Below are positions 7,923 to 19,808 of a stretch of DNA of 33,226 nt, one piece after another (the first letter of the stretch is position 1; every line of letters starts with the position of its first letter). Source of the DNA: Bacteroidota bacterium (lineage in GTDB: Bacteria; Bacteroidota; Bacteroidia; Chitinophagales; UBA2359); the NCBI GenBank assembly GCA_020629895.1, contig JAHDCM010000001.1, forward strand, positions 5,217-38,442, read 5' to 3'. The notes beneath the pieces were generated by a model. It saw only the letters and a list, made by a program, of their open reading frames with translations, was not told the DNA's origin and searched no databases. The position numbers and the translations under genes were made by a program.

Positions 7923-8390
7923 ATGCGTAAGTCTAGAGCAAAAAAACGACCATTAGCACCTGATACGAAGTATAAAGACCCAATGGTGACTCGCTTTGTG
8001 AATATGATGATGTTGGATGGAAAGAAGAGTACTGCTTTTAAGGTGTTTTATGATGCAATGGCTGAGATAGAACGAATGAGTGGTGATAATGGCTATGAAG
8101 TGTGGAAAAAAGGATTGAAAAACGTAATGCCGGCAGTGGAGGTGAAGAGTCGTAGAATTGGAGGTGCTACTTTTCAAATTCCAATTGAGATTCGTCCTGA
8201 TCGAAAGATTTCAATTGGTATGAAGTGGATGATTAGTTTTGCTCGTAAGCGAAATGGTAAGTCAATGGCTAATAAACTAGCGCAAGAAGTTTTAGCCGCT
8301 TCTAAGAATGAAGGTGCCGCTGTAAAGCGTAAAGATGATACGCACCGTATGGCTGAAGCTAATAAAGCATTTTCCCATTTTAGAGTATAA
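7923..8390 (+). CDS. rpsG: 30S ribosomal protein S7
   Basis: 155 aa with GGATFQIPIEIRPDR and a C-terminal NKAFSHFR. Follows rpsL. Confidence 0.98.
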   Translation: MRKSRAKKRPLAPDTKYKDPMVTRFVNMMMLDGKKSTAFKVFYDAMAEIERMSGDNGYEVWKKGLKNVMPAVEVKSRRIGGATFQIPIEIRPDRKISIGMKWMISFARKRNGKSMANKLAQEVLAASKNEGAAVKRKDDTHRMAEANKAFSHFRV

Positions 8391-8443
8391 AATTTATTTA
8401 CCTGATTAGGTGCTTTAAATGTCACCTGTAATAGTATAATCAA

Positions 8444-10570
8444 ATGGCAAGGGACTTAAAATACACAAGAAATATTGGTATTGCCGCGCATATTGACGCA
8501 GGTAAAACGACTACCACAGAGCGTATCCTTTATTATACCGGGATTACGCACAAAATTGGAGAAGTACACGATGGTGCTGCAACGATGGACTGGATGGAGC
8601 AAGAGCAAGAGCGTGGTATCACTATTACTTCTGCAGCTACTAAAACAACGTGGAACTTCAAAGGAGAAGATTATCAAGTTAATATTATTGATACTCCTGG
8701 TCACGTTGATTTTACCGTAGAAGTAGAGCGTTCTTTGAGAATCTTAGATGGTGTAGTGGCACTTTTTTGTGCGGTTGGTGGTGTTGAGCCTCAATCTGAA
8801 ACGGTATGGCGTCAGGCAAACCGTTACCATGTACCTCGTATCGGATTTGTAAATAAAATGGATAGAACAGGAGCTAACTTCTTGGAAGTAGTAGACCAGG
8901 TTCGTGACATTTTAGGTGCTAATCCAGTACCATTACAATTGCCAATTGGTGCTGAGGATGACTTCAAGGGGGTTGTAGACTTGATTACCAATGAAGCAAT
9001 TGTTTGGGATGATGAATCGAAGGGTATGACCTATAAGGTGATTGATATGCCCGCAGATATGGTAGATCAAGTAGAAGAGTATAGAGAGAAAATGATTGAG
9101 GCGATTGCGGATTATGATGATGCTATTATGGAGAAGTTCTTTGAGGATCCTGATTCGATTACCAAAGAAGAGATTGTTGCAGCGATTCGTGCGGCAGTAT
9201 GTGATTTGAAAATTATTCCTATGTTCTGTGGTTCTGCTTTTAAGAACAAAGGGGTACAAGCAATGCTTGATGGGGTTGTTTCTTTCTTGCCATCTCCATT
9301 AGATGTTCCTCCAATTGAAGGAGTGAATCCTAAGACTGATGCGGTAGAGGTAAGAAAGCCAGAGGTAAGTGAGCCATTTTCGGCATTAGCATTTAAAATT
9401 GCTACTGACCCTTATGTAGGTCGTTTGTGTTTCTTCCGTGTTTATTCGGGTAAGTTGCCAGCAGGTAGCGCGATTTTAAATAATCGTAGTGGTAAAAAAG
9501 AGCGTATCTCTCGTATCTATCAGATGCACTCTAATAAGCAAAATCCAATTGATGAAATTCAGGCAGGAGATATTGGGGCAGGAGTAGGATTTAAAGATAT
9601 TCGTACAGGTGATACCTTGACTTCTTTGGATGCGCCTATTGTATTAGAAAGTATGACTTTCCCTGATCCTGTGATCAGCTTGGCAGTAGAGCCAAAAACA
9701 CAGAAAGATTTAGAGAAGTTAGGAAATGGTTTGAGCAAATTAGCTGAAGAAGATCCTACCTTTAAAGTGAAGTTTGACGAAGAGACAGGACAAACGGTGA
9801 TTAGTGGAATGGGGGAGTTACACTTAGAGATTATTGTAGATCGCTTGAGAAGAGAGTTTAAAGTAGAATGTAATCAAGGTGCGCCACAAGTAAATTATAA
9901 AGAAGCAATTTCAGCTCCTCATATTCATGTTGAGCAATATAAAAAGCAGTCTGGTGGTCGAGGTAAGTTTGCAAAGATTAGTGTGGAAGTGATGCCAGCA
10001 TTGCCAGATGAGGAAAGTGGAGAAGTAGAAGAAGGTTTACAGTTTGTTGATGAAATCAAAGGTGGTGCTATTCCACGTGAATTCATCCCTTCTGTAGAGA
10101 AAGGCTTCAAATTGGCAATGACAACAGGTCCATTAGCTGGTTATCAAATGCCATCGTTACGAGTTCGTTTATTTGATGGAAGTTTCCACCAAGTTGACTC
10201 GGATGCTTTTTCTTTCGAACAGTGTGCGAAAATGGCCTTCCGTAAGGCTTGTGTGTCAGCAAAACCACAAATCTTGGAGCCTATCATGAAGCTTGAAATT
10301 GTTACTCCTGATGAATATAGTGGTAATGTAATGGCTGACTTGAACAGAAGACGTGGAATTATGGAGGGAATGGATATGAAGGGTACTGCACAAGTGATTA
10401 AAGCAAAAGTTCCATTGTCTGAAATGTTTGGCTATGTAACCTCTTTAAGAACAGTTACTTCTGGTCGTGCAACTTCATCTATGGAATTCTCTCATTATGC
10501 GCCTGCTCCTAAAGGAATTTCGGAAGAGGTAATTGCAAAAGCTACTGGAAAAGTAAACGTAGAATCATAA
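8444..10570 (+). CDS. fusA: elongation factor G
   Basis: 708 aa with GTPase motifs [17 protein letters not shown] and NKMD. EF-G domain IV/V sequence. Confidence 0.98.
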   Translation: MARDLKYTRNIGIAAHIDAGKTTTTERILYYTGITHKIGEVHDGAATMDWMEQEQERGITITSAATKTTWNFKGEDYQVNIIDTPGHVDFTVEVERSLRILDGVVALFCAVGGVEPQSETVWRQANRYHVPRIGFVNKMDRTGANFLEVVDQVRDILGANPVPLQLPIGAEDDFKGVVDLITNEAIVWDDESKGMTYKVIDMPADMVDQVEEYREKMIEAIADYDDAIMEKFFEDPDSITKEEIVAAIRAAVCDLKIIPMFCGSAFKNKGVQAMLDGVVSFLPSPLDVPPIEGVNPKTDAVEVRKPEVSEPFSALAFKIATDPYVGRLCFFRVYSGKLPAGSAILNNRSGKKERISRIYQMHSNKQNPIDEIQAGDIGAGVGFKDIRTGDTLTSLDAPIVLESMTFPDPVISLAVEPKTQKDLEKLGNGLSKLAEEDPTFKVKFDEETGQTVISGMGELHLEIIVDRLRREFKVECNQGAPQVNYKEAISAPHIHVEQYKKQSGGRGKFAKISVEVMPALPDEESGEVEEGLQFVDEIKGGAIPREFIPSVEKGFKLAMTTGPLAGYQMPSLRVRLFDGSFHQVDSDAFSFEQCAKMAFRKACVSAKPQILEPIMKLEIVTPDEYSGNVMADLNRRRGIMEGMDMKGTAQVIKAKVPLSEMFGYVTSLRTVTSGRATSSMEFSHYAPAPKGISEEVIAKATGKVNVES

Positions 10571-10576
10571 TCAATC

Positions 10577-10882
10577 ATGACACAACGTATCAGAATTAAG
10601 TTAAAATCATACGATCACAATTTAGTAGATAAGTCTGCTGAGAAGATTGTAAAAACGGTAAGGTCTACGGGGGCAGTTATCTCTGGTCCAATTCCTTTGC
10701 CAACCAAAAAGAAGATCTTTACTGTATTACGTTCTCCACACGTAAACAAGACTTCAAGAGAACAATTCCAGTTGAGTACATACAAACGATTGCTGGATAT
10801 TTATAGTTCGACTTCTAAAACTATTGATGCGTTGATGAAGTTAGAACTTCCAAGTGGTGTTGATGTAGAAATTAAAGTATAA
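10577..10882 (+). CDS. rpsJ: 30S ribosomal protein S10
   Basis: [12 protein letters not shown]...[14 protein letters not shown]. Starts 6 nt after fusA. Confidence 0.98.
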   Translation: MTQRIRIKLKSYDHNLVDKSAEKIVKTVRSTGAVISGPIPLPTKKKIFTVLRSPHVNKTSREQFQLSTYKRLLDIYSSTSKTIDALMKLELPSGVDVEIKV

Positions 10883-10892
10883 TAATAAGACC

Positions 10893-11510
10893 ATGAAAGG
10901 CCTCATTGGAAAGAAAATCGGAATGACTAGCTACTTCGATGAAAACGGAGTGCAAATACAGTGTACTGTAATCGAAGCTGGTCCATGTTATGTTACTCAG
11001 GTAAAAACTGAGGATACAGATGGCTATGACGCAGTGCAACTTGCTTTCGGTGAAAAGAAAGAAAAAAGTACGACTAAGCCATTACAAGGACATTTCAAAA
11101 AAGCAGGAGTTTCTCCCAAGAAAAAGGTGGTAGAGTTTCGCGATTTTGAAGTAAGTGTAAGCTTAGGAGAAACAGTCGGTGTTGATATCTTTGAAGCTGG
11201 TGACTATGTAGATGTTGCTGGAACCTCGAAAGGAAAAGGATTTCAAGGTGTTGTAAAACGACACGGCTTTGCTGGGGTTGGAGATGCAACTCATGGTCAG
11301 CATAATCGCCAACGTGCTCCTGGAGCTATTGGTATGGCATCTACTCCTTCTCGTGTATTGAAAGGTCAACGTATGGCTGGACGTACTGGTGGAAAAAGAG
11401 TGACGGTGCAGAACTTGGAAGTGGTAAAGGTTTTGGCAGATAAAAACCTAATCCTTGTGAAAGGAGCCATTCCTGGACATAAAAATTCTTATGTAATTAT
11501 TGAGCAATAA
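10893..11510 (+). CDS. rplC: 50S ribosomal protein L3
   Basis: [14 protein letters not shown]...[15 protein letters not shown]. Confidence 0.98.
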   Translation: MKGLIGKKIGMTSYFDENGVQIQCTVIEAGPCYVTQVKTEDTDGYDAVQLAFGEKKEKSTTKPLQGHFKKAGVSPKKKVVEFRDFEVSVSLGETVGVDIFEAGDYVDVAGTSKGKGFQGVVKRHGFAGVGDATHGQHNRQRAPGAIGMASTPSRVLKGQRMAGRTGGKRVTVQNLEVVKVLADKNLILVKGAIPGHKNSYVIIEQ

Positions 11511-11517
11511 GAGTAAG

Positions 11518-12132
11518 ATGAAACTGGATGTACTAAATCAACAAGGTCAAGCTACGGGAAGACAAATTGACTTACCTGAAGCGTTTTTTGGTGTCGAACC
11601 TAATGACCACGTAATTTATTTGGCTGTTAAGCAGTTCTTGGCTAATCAACGTCAAGGGACGCATAAAGCGAAAGAACGTGGTGAAATAAAAGGATCCACT
11701 AAAAAGATTAAGCGACAAAAAGGAACAGGTACCGCACGTGCAGGTAGCCTCAAGAACCCTTTGTTTAGAGGAGGGGGGCGTGTTTTTGGACCCAAACCTA
11801 GAGATTATAGCTTTAAGGTAAATAAGAAAACGAAAACCGTAGCTCGTAATTCGGCTTTGTCTATCAAGGCACGCGATGAGCGAATTATCATAATTGAAGA
11901 TTTTGATTATGATACTCCAAAAACAAAGGACTTTATAAGCTTATTAAGGACTTTAGAATTGGAAGGCAAGAAAGTAGTCTTGGTGACAGGTGAAGAAAAA
12001 CGTAACCTTTATTTGTCTGCTAGAAATGTGCCTCAGTCAAGTGTGGTACTTGCAAGTGGATTGAATACGTATAATATTCTTAATAACCATACTCTGATAT
12101 TAAGTGAGAGTGTAGTCGCCGGATTGAAATAA
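11518..12132 (+). CDS. rplD: 50S ribosomal protein L4
   Basis: MKLDVLNQQG...KGSTKKIKRQKGTGTARAGS. ATG 11518 is preferred over the track's TTG 11500, which overlaps the end of rplC. Confidence 0.95.
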   Translation: MKLDVLNQQGQATGRQIDLPEAFFGVEPNDHVIYLAVKQFLANQRQGTHKAKERGEIKGSTKKIKRQKGTGTARAGSLKNPLFRGGGRVFGPKPRDYSFKVNKKTKTVARNSALSIKARDERIIIIEDFDYDTPKTKDFISLLRTLELEGKKVVLVTGEEKRNLYLSARNVPQSSVVLASGLNTYNILNNHTLILSESVVAGLK

Positions 12133-12161
12133 TTAAACCAAATCCTTCAACTTTATTAGCG

Positions 12162-12458
12162 ATGTCTAAAAATATACTAATCAAACCCATCTTAACTGAA
12201 AAGATGACCAAGATGGGAGAAAAGCTCAATAAGTTTGGATTCGTAGTTGACAAAAGTGCCAATAAAATCCAGATCAGAGAAGCAGTAGAAGAGATGTATG
12301 GTGTTACAGTTGAGTCTGTGAATACCTATGTGATGCCTGGTAAAAATCGAAGACGTTTTACACGTTCTGGTATTTTGACGGGTCGTACCAAAGTGGTAAA
12401 AAAAGCAATCGTTTCTTTAGCTGAAGGAGAAACAATTGATTTCTTTGAAGATGTTTAA
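12162..12458 (+). CDS. rplW: 50S ribosomal protein L23
   Basis: 98 aa, ILIKPILTEKMT... Conserved position between L4 and L2. Confidence 0.97.
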   Translation: MSKNILIKPILTEKMTKMGEKLNKFGFVVDKSANKIQIREAVEEMYGVTVESVNTYVMPGKNRRRFTRSGILTGRTKVVKKAIVSLAEGETIDFFEDV

Positions 12459-12502
12459 ACAGCTTCTCTTAGTTAATGATCATTATTAAAGAATAGAATA
12501 AG

Positions 12503-13327
12503 ATGCCAGTTAAAAAGTATAATCCTACTTCACCAGGTTCTCGTTTTAGAGTGGGTAATTCTTTCGATGAAGTTACTGCTAGTAAACCAGAAAAGAGCCT
12601 GCTTGGTAAATGGAAGCGTTCTGGTGGTAGAAATAGTACCGGGCGAATGACAGTCCGTAATATTGGAGGTGGGCATAAGCGTCGATATCGTATTATTGAT
12701 TTTAAGCGAAATAAGTCAGGTATTCCTGCTACTGTTAAGACCATTGAATACGATCCTAACCGTTCCGCTTTTATCGCGCTTGTCTTCTATGCAGATGGAG
12801 AAAAACGATACATTATTGCCCCACAAGGATTGAAAGTAGGTGATAAAATTGTATCAGGAAAAGATGCGCAACCAGAAGTGGGAAATACCTTGTATTTAGA
12901 AGATATTCCACTCGGTACTTTGGTACACAATATCGAATTACACCCTGGTAAGGGAGGAATTATGGCTAGAAGTGCAGGTACTTATGCACAGTTAACAGCT
13001 AAAGATGGCAAATATGCAATCCTTAGATTGCCTTCAGGTGAAACAAGAATGATCTTGTTGAGATGTATGGCTACCATTGGAGTGGTATCGAATTCTGATC
13101 ACAGTCTCCAAAAATCTGGTAAAGCAGGACGTAGTAGATGGTTAGGAAGAAGACCTCGTGTTAGAGGGGTGGCAATGAACCCAGTAGATCACCCAATGGG
13201 TGGTGGTGAAGGACGTGCTTCTGGAGGGCATCCTAGATCAAGAACTGGAGTTTTTGCTAAAGGTAAGAAAACAAGAAATAAAAATAAATCTTCCTCTAGA
13301 TTGATAATTAGTAAACGAAAAAAGTAA
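12503..13327 (+). CDS. rplB: 50S ribosomal protein L2
   Basis: [15 protein letters not shown] and [14 protein letters not shown] hallmarks. Confidence 0.98.
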   Translation: MPVKKYNPTSPGSRFRVGNSFDEVTASKPEKSLLGKWKRSGGRNSTGRMTVRNIGGGHKRRYRIIDFKRNKSGIPATVKTIEYDPNRSAFIALVFYADGEKRYIIAPQGLKVGDKIVSGKDAQPEVGNTLYLEDIPLGTLVHNIELHPGKGGIMARSAGTYAQLTAKDGKYAILRLPSGETRMILLRCMATIGVVSNSDHSLQKSGKAGRSRWLGRRPRVRGVAMNPVDHPMGGGEGRASGGHPRSRTGVFAKGKKTRNKNKSSSRLIISKRKK

Positions 13328-13350
13328 CAGTAGTATAACTCGAATATATT

Positions 13351-13617
13351 ATGGCTAGATCACTAAAAAAAGGACCTTATATTCATCACAAATTGCTCAA
13401 GAAGGTTGATGCATTAAATGAGAGTGGCAAGAAAACAGTTGTGAAAACTTGGGCTCGCTCATCAATGATTACACCCGATTTTGTAGGGCATACCTTAGCA
13501 GTTCATAATGGTAATAAATTTATTCCTGTTTATGTGACAGAAAATATGGTTGGTCATAAGTTGGGTGAGTTTGCACCTACGCGTAACTTTAAAGGACACG
13601 CAGCAAAGAAGAAGTAA
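13351..13617 (+). CDS. rpsS: 30S ribosomal protein S19
   Basis: [11 protein letters not shown]...[16 protein letters not shown]. Confidence 0.98.
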   Translation: MARSLKKGPYIHHKLLKKVDALNESGKKTVVKTWARSSMITPDFVGHTLAVHNGNKFIPVYVTENMVGHKLGEFAPTRNFKGHAAKKK

Positions 13618-13675
13618 AGACGTACTTGTACGTAGTTTATTAATAGGAATTCTGGGCATTTAAAATAATAGACTA

Positions 13676-14062
13676 ATGGAAGCAGTAGCAAAGCTTAGAA
13701 ACTACCCAAGTTCTCCTCGTAAGATGAGACTCGTGGCTGATCTCGTAAGAGGAAAGGATGTTAGCGAAGCACTTAGTATTTTAAAATTTACACGTAAACA
13801 TTCTGCACGTCCACTCGAAAAATTATTGGTCTCCGCGATCGCTAATTGGGAAAATAAAAATGGACTTTCAGCAAGTGATGATTTGTATGTAAAAACAATA
13901 CAAGTAGATGGAGCAAGGATGCTTAAACGCTTCCGTCCAGCTCCTTATGGCCGAGCGCACCGAATCAGAAAACGATCTAACCACGTGACTATCGTAGTAG
14001 ATGCTCGAGGAGCAGAAAGTAATGAGGCAGTAGATGTGATAAATAGTGAATCCGAAAATTAA
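13676..14062 (+). CDS. rplV: 50S ribosomal protein L22
   Basis: [15 protein letters not shown]...[22 protein letters not shown]. Confidence 0.97.
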   Translation: MEAVAKLRNYPSSPRKMRLVADLVRGKDVSEALSILKFTRKHSARPLEKLLVSAIANWENKNGLSASDDLYVKTIQVDGARMLKRFRPAPYGRAHRIRKRSNHVTIVVDARGAESNEAVDVINSESEN

Positions 14063-14082
14063 GAATGATTTATAAATAGAGT

Positions 14083-14814
14083 ATGGGACAAAAAGTTAAT
14101 CCAATTGCCAATAGATTAGGGTACATCAGAGGATGGGACTCTAACTGGTTTGCTACCTCTGCAGACTTTGCTGATAAGCTCGTTGAAGACGAAAAAATTA
14201 GAGAGTACTTAAATGCACGTATCTCAAAAGGTGGTATCTCTAGAATTGTTATCGAAAGAACGCTCAAGCGTATCACTATCACTATTCATACCTCAAGACC
14301 AGGTGTAATTATTGGTAAAGGTGGTGGACAAGTAGATAGTATCCGTGAAGAGTTGAAGAAACTAACAGGTAAAGAGGTACAAATCAATATTGCCGAAATA
14401 CGTCGCCCAGAGTTAGATGCTTATATTGTTGCTGAAAATATTGCGAAGCAATTAGAAGCTAGAATTAACTTTCGTCGAGCAGTTAAGTTGGCAATCAATA
14501 ATACGATGCGAATGGGAGCTGAAGGGATCAAAGTAAAAGTATCTGGCCGCTTAGGAGGAGCTGAAATGGCTCGTTCTGAAGAGTATAAAGAAGGTCGTAC
14601 TCCCTTACATACATTTCGTGCTAATATTGATTATGCGTTGTATGAAGCGAATACCATTTATGGCAAAATCGGAGTGAAGGTGTGGATCTGTAAAGGAGAG
14701 GTATTTGGTAAGGTTGATCTTGCGCCAACACGTCCTAAGAAAGGAAGAAGAAGAGATGGTGGTAATAATAGCGGCGGGGGAAGAAAAGGAAGAAGAAGAA
14801 ATAATAATCGCTAA
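14083..14814 (+). CDS. rpsC: 30S ribosomal protein S3 (with basic G/R/N-rich C-terminal tail)
   Basis: [15 protein letters not shown]-domain GKGGGQ, and the tail [25 protein letters not shown]. Confidence 0.98.
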   Translation: MGQKVNPIANRLGYIRGWDSNWFATSADFADKLVEDEKIREYLNARISKGGISRIVIERTLKRITITIHTSRPGVIIGKGGGQVDSIREELKKLTGKEVQINIAEIRRPELDAYIVAENIAKQLEARINFRRAVKLAINNTMRMGAEGIKVKVSGRLGGAEMARSEEYKEGRTPLHTFRANIDYALYEANTIYGKIGVKVWICKGEVFGKVDLAPTRPKKGRRRDGGNNSGGGRKGRRRNNNR

Positions 14815-14879
14815 ACATCTTGCCTTTATTCCTGCTAGAATAGTATAAAATAGTTTTTTATTTAGTAAATAGTTTTATC

Positions 14880-15299
14880 ATGTTACAGCCAAAAAGAACG
14901 AAGTTTAGAAAGATGCAAAAGGGCAGAATGAAAGGAAATGCCCAACGTGGGTCTTCTTTGGCTTTCGGATCATTTGGATTAAAAGCAGTAGAAGGTGCTT
15001 GGATTACGAACCGACAAATTGAGTCTGCTCGTGTTGCCCTTACTAGATACATGAAAAGGGAAGGGAAAGTATGGATTCGAATCTTTCCAGATAAACCAGT
15101 AACTGCTAAACCATTGGAAGTACGTATGGGTAAAGGTAAAGGTGCTCCTAGTCATTGGGTAGCGGTTGTAAAACCTGGACGTATCATGTTCGAAATTGAA
15201 GGGGTGCCTATTGAAGTGGCTACTGAAGCACTTCGATTAGCAGCACAAAAACTTCCACTTAAAACTAAAACAGTTGTTCGTCGAGATTATGCTGAATAA
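14880..15299 (+). CDS. rplP: 50S ribosomal protein L16
   Basis: [19 protein letters not shown]... Confidence 0.98.
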   Translation: MLQPKRTKFRKMQKGRMKGNAQRGSSLAFGSFGLKAVEGAWITNRQIESARVALTRYMKREGKVWIRIFPDKPVTAKPLEVRMGKGKGAPSHWVAVVKPGRIMFEIEGVPIEVATEALRLAAQKLPLKTKTVVRRDYAE

Positions 15300-15360
15300 T
15301 AGCAGCTTAAAACTGATTGAAAACTGTTTACTTATATCATTCATTGCAATTTTTTAAGAG

Positions 15361-15573
15361 ATGGCAAAAGAAAATAACATAAATCTACAAGATCTTGGAC
15401 TAGAAGAGTTGCTAGAAACACTAGAGGAGTCAAGAGTTCACTTGCGTAAGCTGCGTTTCAATCACGCTGTCTCAGTGTTAGAAGATACTAATTCTATAAA
15501 GAATTCTCGTAGAGAAATTGCACGTATCAAAACAGAAATACGTGCCAGAGAAATTGCTGAAGCAAAAAAGTAA
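15361..15573 (+). CDS. rpmC: 50S ribosomal protein L29
   Basis: 70-aa helical ORF (LEELLETLEESRVHLRKLRFNHAV) in the conserved slot between L16 and S17. Confidence 0.93.
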   Translation: MAKENNINLQDLGLEELLETLEESRVHLRKLRFNHAVSVLEDTNSIKNSRREIARIKTEIRAREIAEAKK

Positions 15574-15592
15574 CAATAAATAATTTGTCAAC

Positions 15593-15850
15593 ATGTCAGA
15601 GAGAAATCTAAGAAAGCAAAGAGTCGGCGTTGTTGCGAGCAATAAAATGGACAAGTCTATCACCGTACTCGTTGAACGTAAAGTGAAACATCCAATGTAT
15701 GGAAAGTTCATTAAAAAGTCGAAAAAATATATGGTGCATGATGAAAAAAATGATTGCAACATAGGTGATACCGTTCGTATTATGGAAACACGCCCACTTA
15801 GTAAAAGAAAATGTTGGCGTTTAGTAGAGATTCTCGAAAGAGCAAAATAA
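15593..15850 (+). CDS. rpsQ: 30S ribosomal protein S17
   Basis: [30 protein letters not shown]...HDEKN...[21 protein letters not shown]. Confidence 0.98.
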   Translation: MSERNLRKQRVGVVASNKMDKSITVLVERKVKHPMYGKFIKKSKKYMVHDEKNDCNIGDTVRIMETRPLSKRKCWRLVEILERAK

Positions 15851-15862
15851 TCACTTAGCCTT

Positions 15863-16231
15863 ATGATACAACAAGAAAGTAGAATTAGAGTGGCAGATAA
15901 CAGCGGAGCTAAAGAAGCTCTTTGTATCCGTGTTCTAGGAGGTTCTGGTAGACGTTATGCCCGTGTAGGTGATGAAATTATGGTGAGTGTGAAAGATGCC
16001 CTACCCGCTGGTAATGTCAAAAAAGGACAAAAATCTAGAGCAGTCGTTGTTCGTACCAAAAAGCAAATCCGTAGAAAAGATGGTACTTACATCTCTTTCG
16101 ACGATAACGCAGTCGTACTAATTAATAATGACGGAGACCCTAGAGGAACACGTATATTCGGACCTGTCGCCCGAGAACTTAGAGATAAAGGATATTCTCG
16201 AATTATCTCGCTGGCTCCAGAAGTACTATAA
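15863..16231 (+). CDS. rplN: 50S ribosomal protein L14
   Basis: [18 protein letters not shown]... Confidence 0.98.
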   Translation: MIQQESRIRVADNSGAKEALCIRVLGGSGRRYARVGDEIMVSVKDALPAGNVKKGQKSRAVVVRTKKQIRRKDGTYISFDDNAVVLINNDGDPRGTRIFGPVARELRDKGYSRIISLAPEVL

Positions 16232-16307
16232 GTGCCTCATAAGAAGCCATAGAGAATTCAAACTATAAATGATTATTCATTCTCCTCGGAGATTAGATCA
16301 TTAAGCC

Positions 16308-16658
16308 ATGAGTAAAAATAAACAACAACAGCAAAAACGCTTTAAGCCTAAATATCATATCAAAACTGGAGATACCGTTGTCGTGATCTCTGGAGAAGAT
16401 AAGGGTACAGAAGGGCGTGTCTTACGAATCCTTACCAAAAAAGGGAAGGCCATCGTAGAAGGTGTCAATATTATAACCAAGCACACAAAGCCAGATGCTG
16501 AAAACCCACAAGGAGGACTTGTCAAAAAAGAAGCCCCAATTTATATCGCTAAATTGATGCTTATTGATCCTAAAAGTGGTGAGCCTACCAGAGTAGGACG
16601 TAAAAAAGAAGGAAACAAAATTGTTCGTTACGCTAAAAAATCAGGGGAGGTAATCTAA
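16308..16658 (+). CDS. rplX: 50S ribosomal protein L24
   Basis: KOW motif [22 protein letters not shown]. The stop overlaps the rplE ATG (TAATG). Confidence 0.96.
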   Translation: MSKNKQQQQKRFKPKYHIKTGDTVVVISGEDKGTEGRVLRILTKKGKAIVEGVNIITKHTKPDAENPQGGLVKKEAPIYIAKLMLIDPKSGEPTRVGRKKEGNKIVRYAKKSGEVI

Positions 16659-17221
16659 TGACTTACATACCTAGACTCAAGACCAAGTATTTGGAAGAAA
16701 TCGTTCCTAAACTCCAAGAGAAATTTGGATATACTTCCATTATGCAAGTTCCTAAGCTTCAAAAGATTTGTATTAATCAAGGACTTGGAGCCGCAACAGC
16801 TGATAAGAAATTAGTAGATGTTGCCGTTAAGGAAATGACAATGATCGCTGGACAGAAAGCAGTGCCAACTATCGCCAAAAAATCAGTCTCTAACTTCAAA
16901 CTTAGAGAAGGAATGCCAATCGGTGCTAGAGTAACACTACGAGGTGATCGTATGTGGGAATTCTTAGATCGCTTTATGGCCGTAGCACTTCCACGTGTAC
17001 GTGACTTTAGAGGGGTAAATGATAAAAGCTTTGATGGGCGAGGAAATTATTCTTTAGGAGTAACCGAGCAAATCATCTTTCCAGAAATAGACCTCGACAA
17101 AGTTTCACGAATCAGTGGTATGGATGTTACCTTCGTAACTTCTGCTAATACAGATAATGAAGCCTACGAATTGTTGAGCGAATTAGGAATGCCTTTTAAA
17201 AACAAAGTTAAAATCCAATAA
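16658..17221 (+). CDS. rplE: 50S ribosomal protein L5
   Basis: [21 protein letters not shown] hallmark. Confidence 0.98.
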   Translation: MTYIPRLKTKYLEEIVPKLQEKFGYTSIMQVPKLQKICINQGLGAATADKKLVDVAVKEMTMIAGQKAVPTIAKKSVSNFKLREGMPIGARVTLRGDRMWEFLDRFMAVALPRVRDFRGVNDKSFDGRGNYSLGVTEQIIFPEIDLDKVSRISGMDVTFVTSANTDNEAYELLSELGMPFKNKVKIQ

Positions 17222-17223
17222 TT

Positions 17224-17493
17224 ATGGCTCGTAAAGCTACCATTGCACGGGAAGAAAAGCGTAGAAAGCTTGTGAAAAAGTATGCCGAAAAAAGAGCAAA
17301 ACTGAAAGCTGAAGGACGTTATGATGAACTAGATAAGCTGCCTAAAAACGCTTCGCCAGTTCGTCTGCACAACCGATGCCGACTCACAGGAAGACCTAAA
17401 GGATATATGCGGTTTTTTGGAATTTCCAGAGTGAAATTTAGAAAACTAGCTTCTAGTGGAAAAATTCCTGGTGTTACCAAAGCAAGCTGGTAA
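17224..17493 (+). CDS. rpsN: 30S ribosomal protein S14 (long, Cys-poor form)
   Basis: [39 protein letters not shown]. Confidence 0.98.
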   Translation: MARKATIAREEKRRKLVKKYAEKRAKLKAEGRYDELDKLPKNASPVRLHNRCRLTGRPKGYMRFFGISRVKFRKLASSGKIPGVTKASW

Positions 17494-17520
17494 ACCAATA
17501 ATTATAAAAAATAACCAAAT

Positions 17521-17553
17521 AAAAAGGACGTAGTTGGCTGCGTCTTTTTTTTT
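17521..17553 (+). terminator. intrinsic terminator after rpsN
   Basis: 7-bp stem gacgtag (17527-17533) pairing with ctgcgtc (17538-17544), including one U.G pair valid only on the + strand. TTGG tetraloop, A-run upstream, then T9 (17545-17553). Confidence 0.75.
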
Positions 17554-17568
17554 CACATTCTTTTTTAG

Positions 17569-17576
17569 TACTTTTG
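17569..17576 (+). promoter_or_regulatory. candidate -7 box (TACTTTTG) for rpsH and downstream genes
   Basis: Matches TAnnTTTG, 16 nt after the terminator T-run and 98 nt before the rpsH ATG. Confidence 0.45.
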
Positions 17577-17673
17577 TGGACTGTTTCAGATGTATGATAA
17601 AATTACATACTTCTTTGTCTCAAATCCTCTAAAACAGTACTATATTCTATTAATCATACCTTAGAGTTCAACT

Positions 17674-18081
17674 ATGTCTGCAATAACAGATACCATTGGC
17701 GATTATCTTACTAGAATACGTAATGCAAATATGGCAGGTCATCGTATCGTCGATATTCCTGCCTCCAAAATTAAAAAACGTATTACCGAAATCTTATACG
17801 ATCAAGGATATATCTTCCGATATAAATTCGAAGATACTCCTAATGGTCAAGGAATGATCAAAATCGCTCTTAAGTATGACCCAATCACCAAAGTTCCTGC
17901 CATTACCAAGCTAATTCGTTATAGCAAACCAGGACTTCGTGTTTATAAACCAGCAAACGAAATTCCTAGAGTAATGAATGGACTTGGAATCGCTATCGTT
18001 TCTACTTCTAAAGGTGTTATCACTGATAAAGAGGCAAGAGCGACCAATGTTGGAGGTGAAGTATTGTGTCTAGTTTATTAA
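17674..18081 (+). CDS. rpsH: 30S ribosomal protein S8
   Basis: [16 protein letters not shown]...GGEVLCLVY. Confidence 0.98.
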   Translation: MSAITDTIGDYLTRIRNANMAGHRIVDIPASKIKKRITEILYDQGYIFRYKFEDTPNGQGMIKIALKYDPITKVPAITKLIRYSKPGLRVYKPANEIPRVMNGLGIAIVSTSKGVITDKEARATNVGGEVLCLVY

Positions 18082-18099
18082 TTTCAAATCTTGTTTTTT

Positions 18100-18651
18100 A
18101 TGTCTCGGATTGGAAAATTACCCATAGCAATTCCTGATGGAGTAAACATATCAGTAAATGATAATAATATGGTGACTGTAAAAGGTAAAAAAACTGAATT
18201 ATATCAAAAAGTCTACGAAGGAATAGAAGTGGCAGTCGAAGATGGACAAATAGTGCTTAATCGTAAGGACGACCAGAAGAAAACGCGCGCAATGCACGGA
18301 TTATACCGCTCACTTATCAATAATATGGTGACAGGTGTTTCTACTGGTTATAAAAAGCAACTCGAATTTGTAGGGGTCGGTTATCGAGCTAGTAATAAAG
18401 GACAAATCCTAGAAATGAGCGTCGGTTATTCTCATCCTATCTATTTCGCTATTCCTAAAGAAGTCAGCATTTCTTGTGAAACAGTAAAAGGTAAAAATCC
18501 TATCGTTACACTCGAATCTGCTGATAAACAACTACTAGGGCATATAGCCGCCAAAATTCGATCCTTCAGAAAGCCTGAACCATATAAAGGAAAAGGTATC
18601 AAATTCGTTGGAGAAGAATTACGTAGAAAAGCTGGTAAAACAGCCGGGTAG
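18100..18651 (+). CDS. rplF: 50S ribosomal protein L6
   Basis: MSRIGKLPIAIPDGV from ATG 18100. The track starts at TTG 18091. Confidence 0.97.
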   Translation: MSRIGKLPIAIPDGVNISVNDNNMVTVKGKKTELYQKVYEGIEVAVEDGQIVLNRKDDQKKTRAMHGLYRSLINNMVTGVSTGYKKQLEFVGVGYRASNKGQILEMSVGYSHPIYFAIPKEVSISCETVKGKNPIVTLESADKQLLGHIAAKIRSFRKPEPYKGKGIKFVGEELRRKAGKTAG

Positions 18652-18704
18652 TAGAATAGTAACCTTTAGTTTTTTAGATTTAAACGTATTTTCATTTTTT
18701 AGTC

Positions 18705-19052
18705 ATGGCAGTACAAAAACAAGCACGAAGACAACGAATCAGATATAAAATTCGCAAAAAAATTGTAGGTACCAGTGAACGTCCTCGATTAGCAGTGTAC
18801 AGAAGTAATAAGTATATCTATGCGCAAATAATCGACGATCGTAAAGGACATACTCTCGCATCTATTTCCTCAAAAGGAATCAATGCACAGGGAACTCGAA
18901 TCGAACAAGCAAAAGTAACTGGAAAGGCACTCGCAGAAGTTGCTCAGGCAGCAGGAGTTAGTACAGTTGTTTTTGATAGAGGTGGATACCTATTCCACGG
19001 ACGTGTAAAAGCACTCGCCGACGGAGCAAGAGAAGGAGGACTTAACTTTTAA
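18705..19052 (+). CDS. rplR: 50S ribosomal protein L18
   Basis: [20 protein letters not shown]...[26 protein letters not shown]. Confidence 0.98.
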   Translation: MAVQKQARRQRIRYKIRKKIVGTSERPRLAVYRSNKYIYAQIIDDRKGHTLASISSKGINAQGTRIEQAKVTGKALAEVAQAAGVSTVVFDRGGYLFHGRVKALADGAREGGLNF

Positions 19053-19064
19053 TGACGTATATCA

Positions 19065-19583
19065 ATGGCTAATATCAAAGCAAAAAAAGTAAAAGCTAGT
19101 GAGCTTAACCTAGAACACAAACTTGTAGTCGTTAACCGTGTTGCTAAAGTAACAAAAGGTGGACGTACTTTTAGCTTCGCTTCTATCGTAGTTGTAGGTA
19201 ATAAAGACGGAATCGTTGGACATGGCTTAGGAAAAGCAAGAGAAGTTGCAGAATCTATTGATAAAGCAGTGGAAGATGCTAAAAAAGATTTAGTACATGT
19301 CCCTATCAAAGATGGAGCAATTCCGCATGAACAATATGCAAAGTATGGAGCAGCAAAAGTGTTACTTAGACCTGCTTCAAAGGGTACTGGAGTAATCGCT
19401 GGTGGTGCAATGCGTGCCGTTCTGGAAAGTGCAGGTGTTACCAATGTAATCGCAAAGTCTTTAGGCTCTTCTAATCCTCATAATGTCGTGAAAGCTACTA
19501 TTAAAGCATTGTCGCTTATGCGTGACCCTGCTACCGTAGCCAAGCAAAGAGGCGTGTCTATTGATAAAGTGTTTAATGGATAA
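19065..19583 (+). CDS. rpsE: 30S ribosomal protein S5
   Basis: [26 protein letters not shown]. Confidence 0.98.
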   Translation: MANIKAKKVKASELNLEHKLVVVNRVAKVTKGGRTFSFASIVVVGNKDGIVGHGLGKAREVAESIDKAVEDAKKDLVHVPIKDGAIPHEQYAKYGAAKVLLRPASKGTGVIAGGAMRAVLESAGVTNVIAKSLGSSNPHNVVKATIKALSLMRDPATVAKQRGVSIDKVFNG

Positions 19584-19624
19584 GAAATCCATATTTAATA
19601 AGCAAGATTCTCAATTTTAAGAAG

Positions 19625-19804
19625 ATGGCTAAAGTAAAAATTACACAAGTAAAAAGTGTTATTGATCGTACCAAAAAACAAAAGGATACCATGTTCGCAC
19701 TCGGATTGCGCAAAATGCACCGAAGCGTAGAACATGAGGCTACTCCGCAAATTGAAGGGATGATCAACAAAGTGAAGCATTTAGTTAAAGTAGAATATTT
19801 ATAG
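19625..19804 (+). CDS. rpmD: 50S ribosomal protein L30 (59 aa, below the ORF-track cutoff)
   Basis: Hand translation gives MAKVKITQVKSVIDRTKKQKDTMFALGLRKMHRSVEHEATPQIEGMINKVKHLVKVEYL*. It aligns with the L30 pattern (MAK..KITQ..S.I.R...Q..TL.GLGLR......E..DTP..RGMIN.V..LVKV). Sits between rpsE and rplO. Confidence 0.93.
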   Translation: MAKVKITQVKSVIDRTKKQKDTMFALGLRKMHRSVEHEATPQIEGMINKVKHLVKVEYL

Positions 19805-19808
19805 TACC

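Noticed and set aside
10571-10576. Absence of tuf after fusA and of adk between secY and map.
   Set aside because: This gene order is the usual arrangement in Bacteroidota and is not a deletion or rearrangement.
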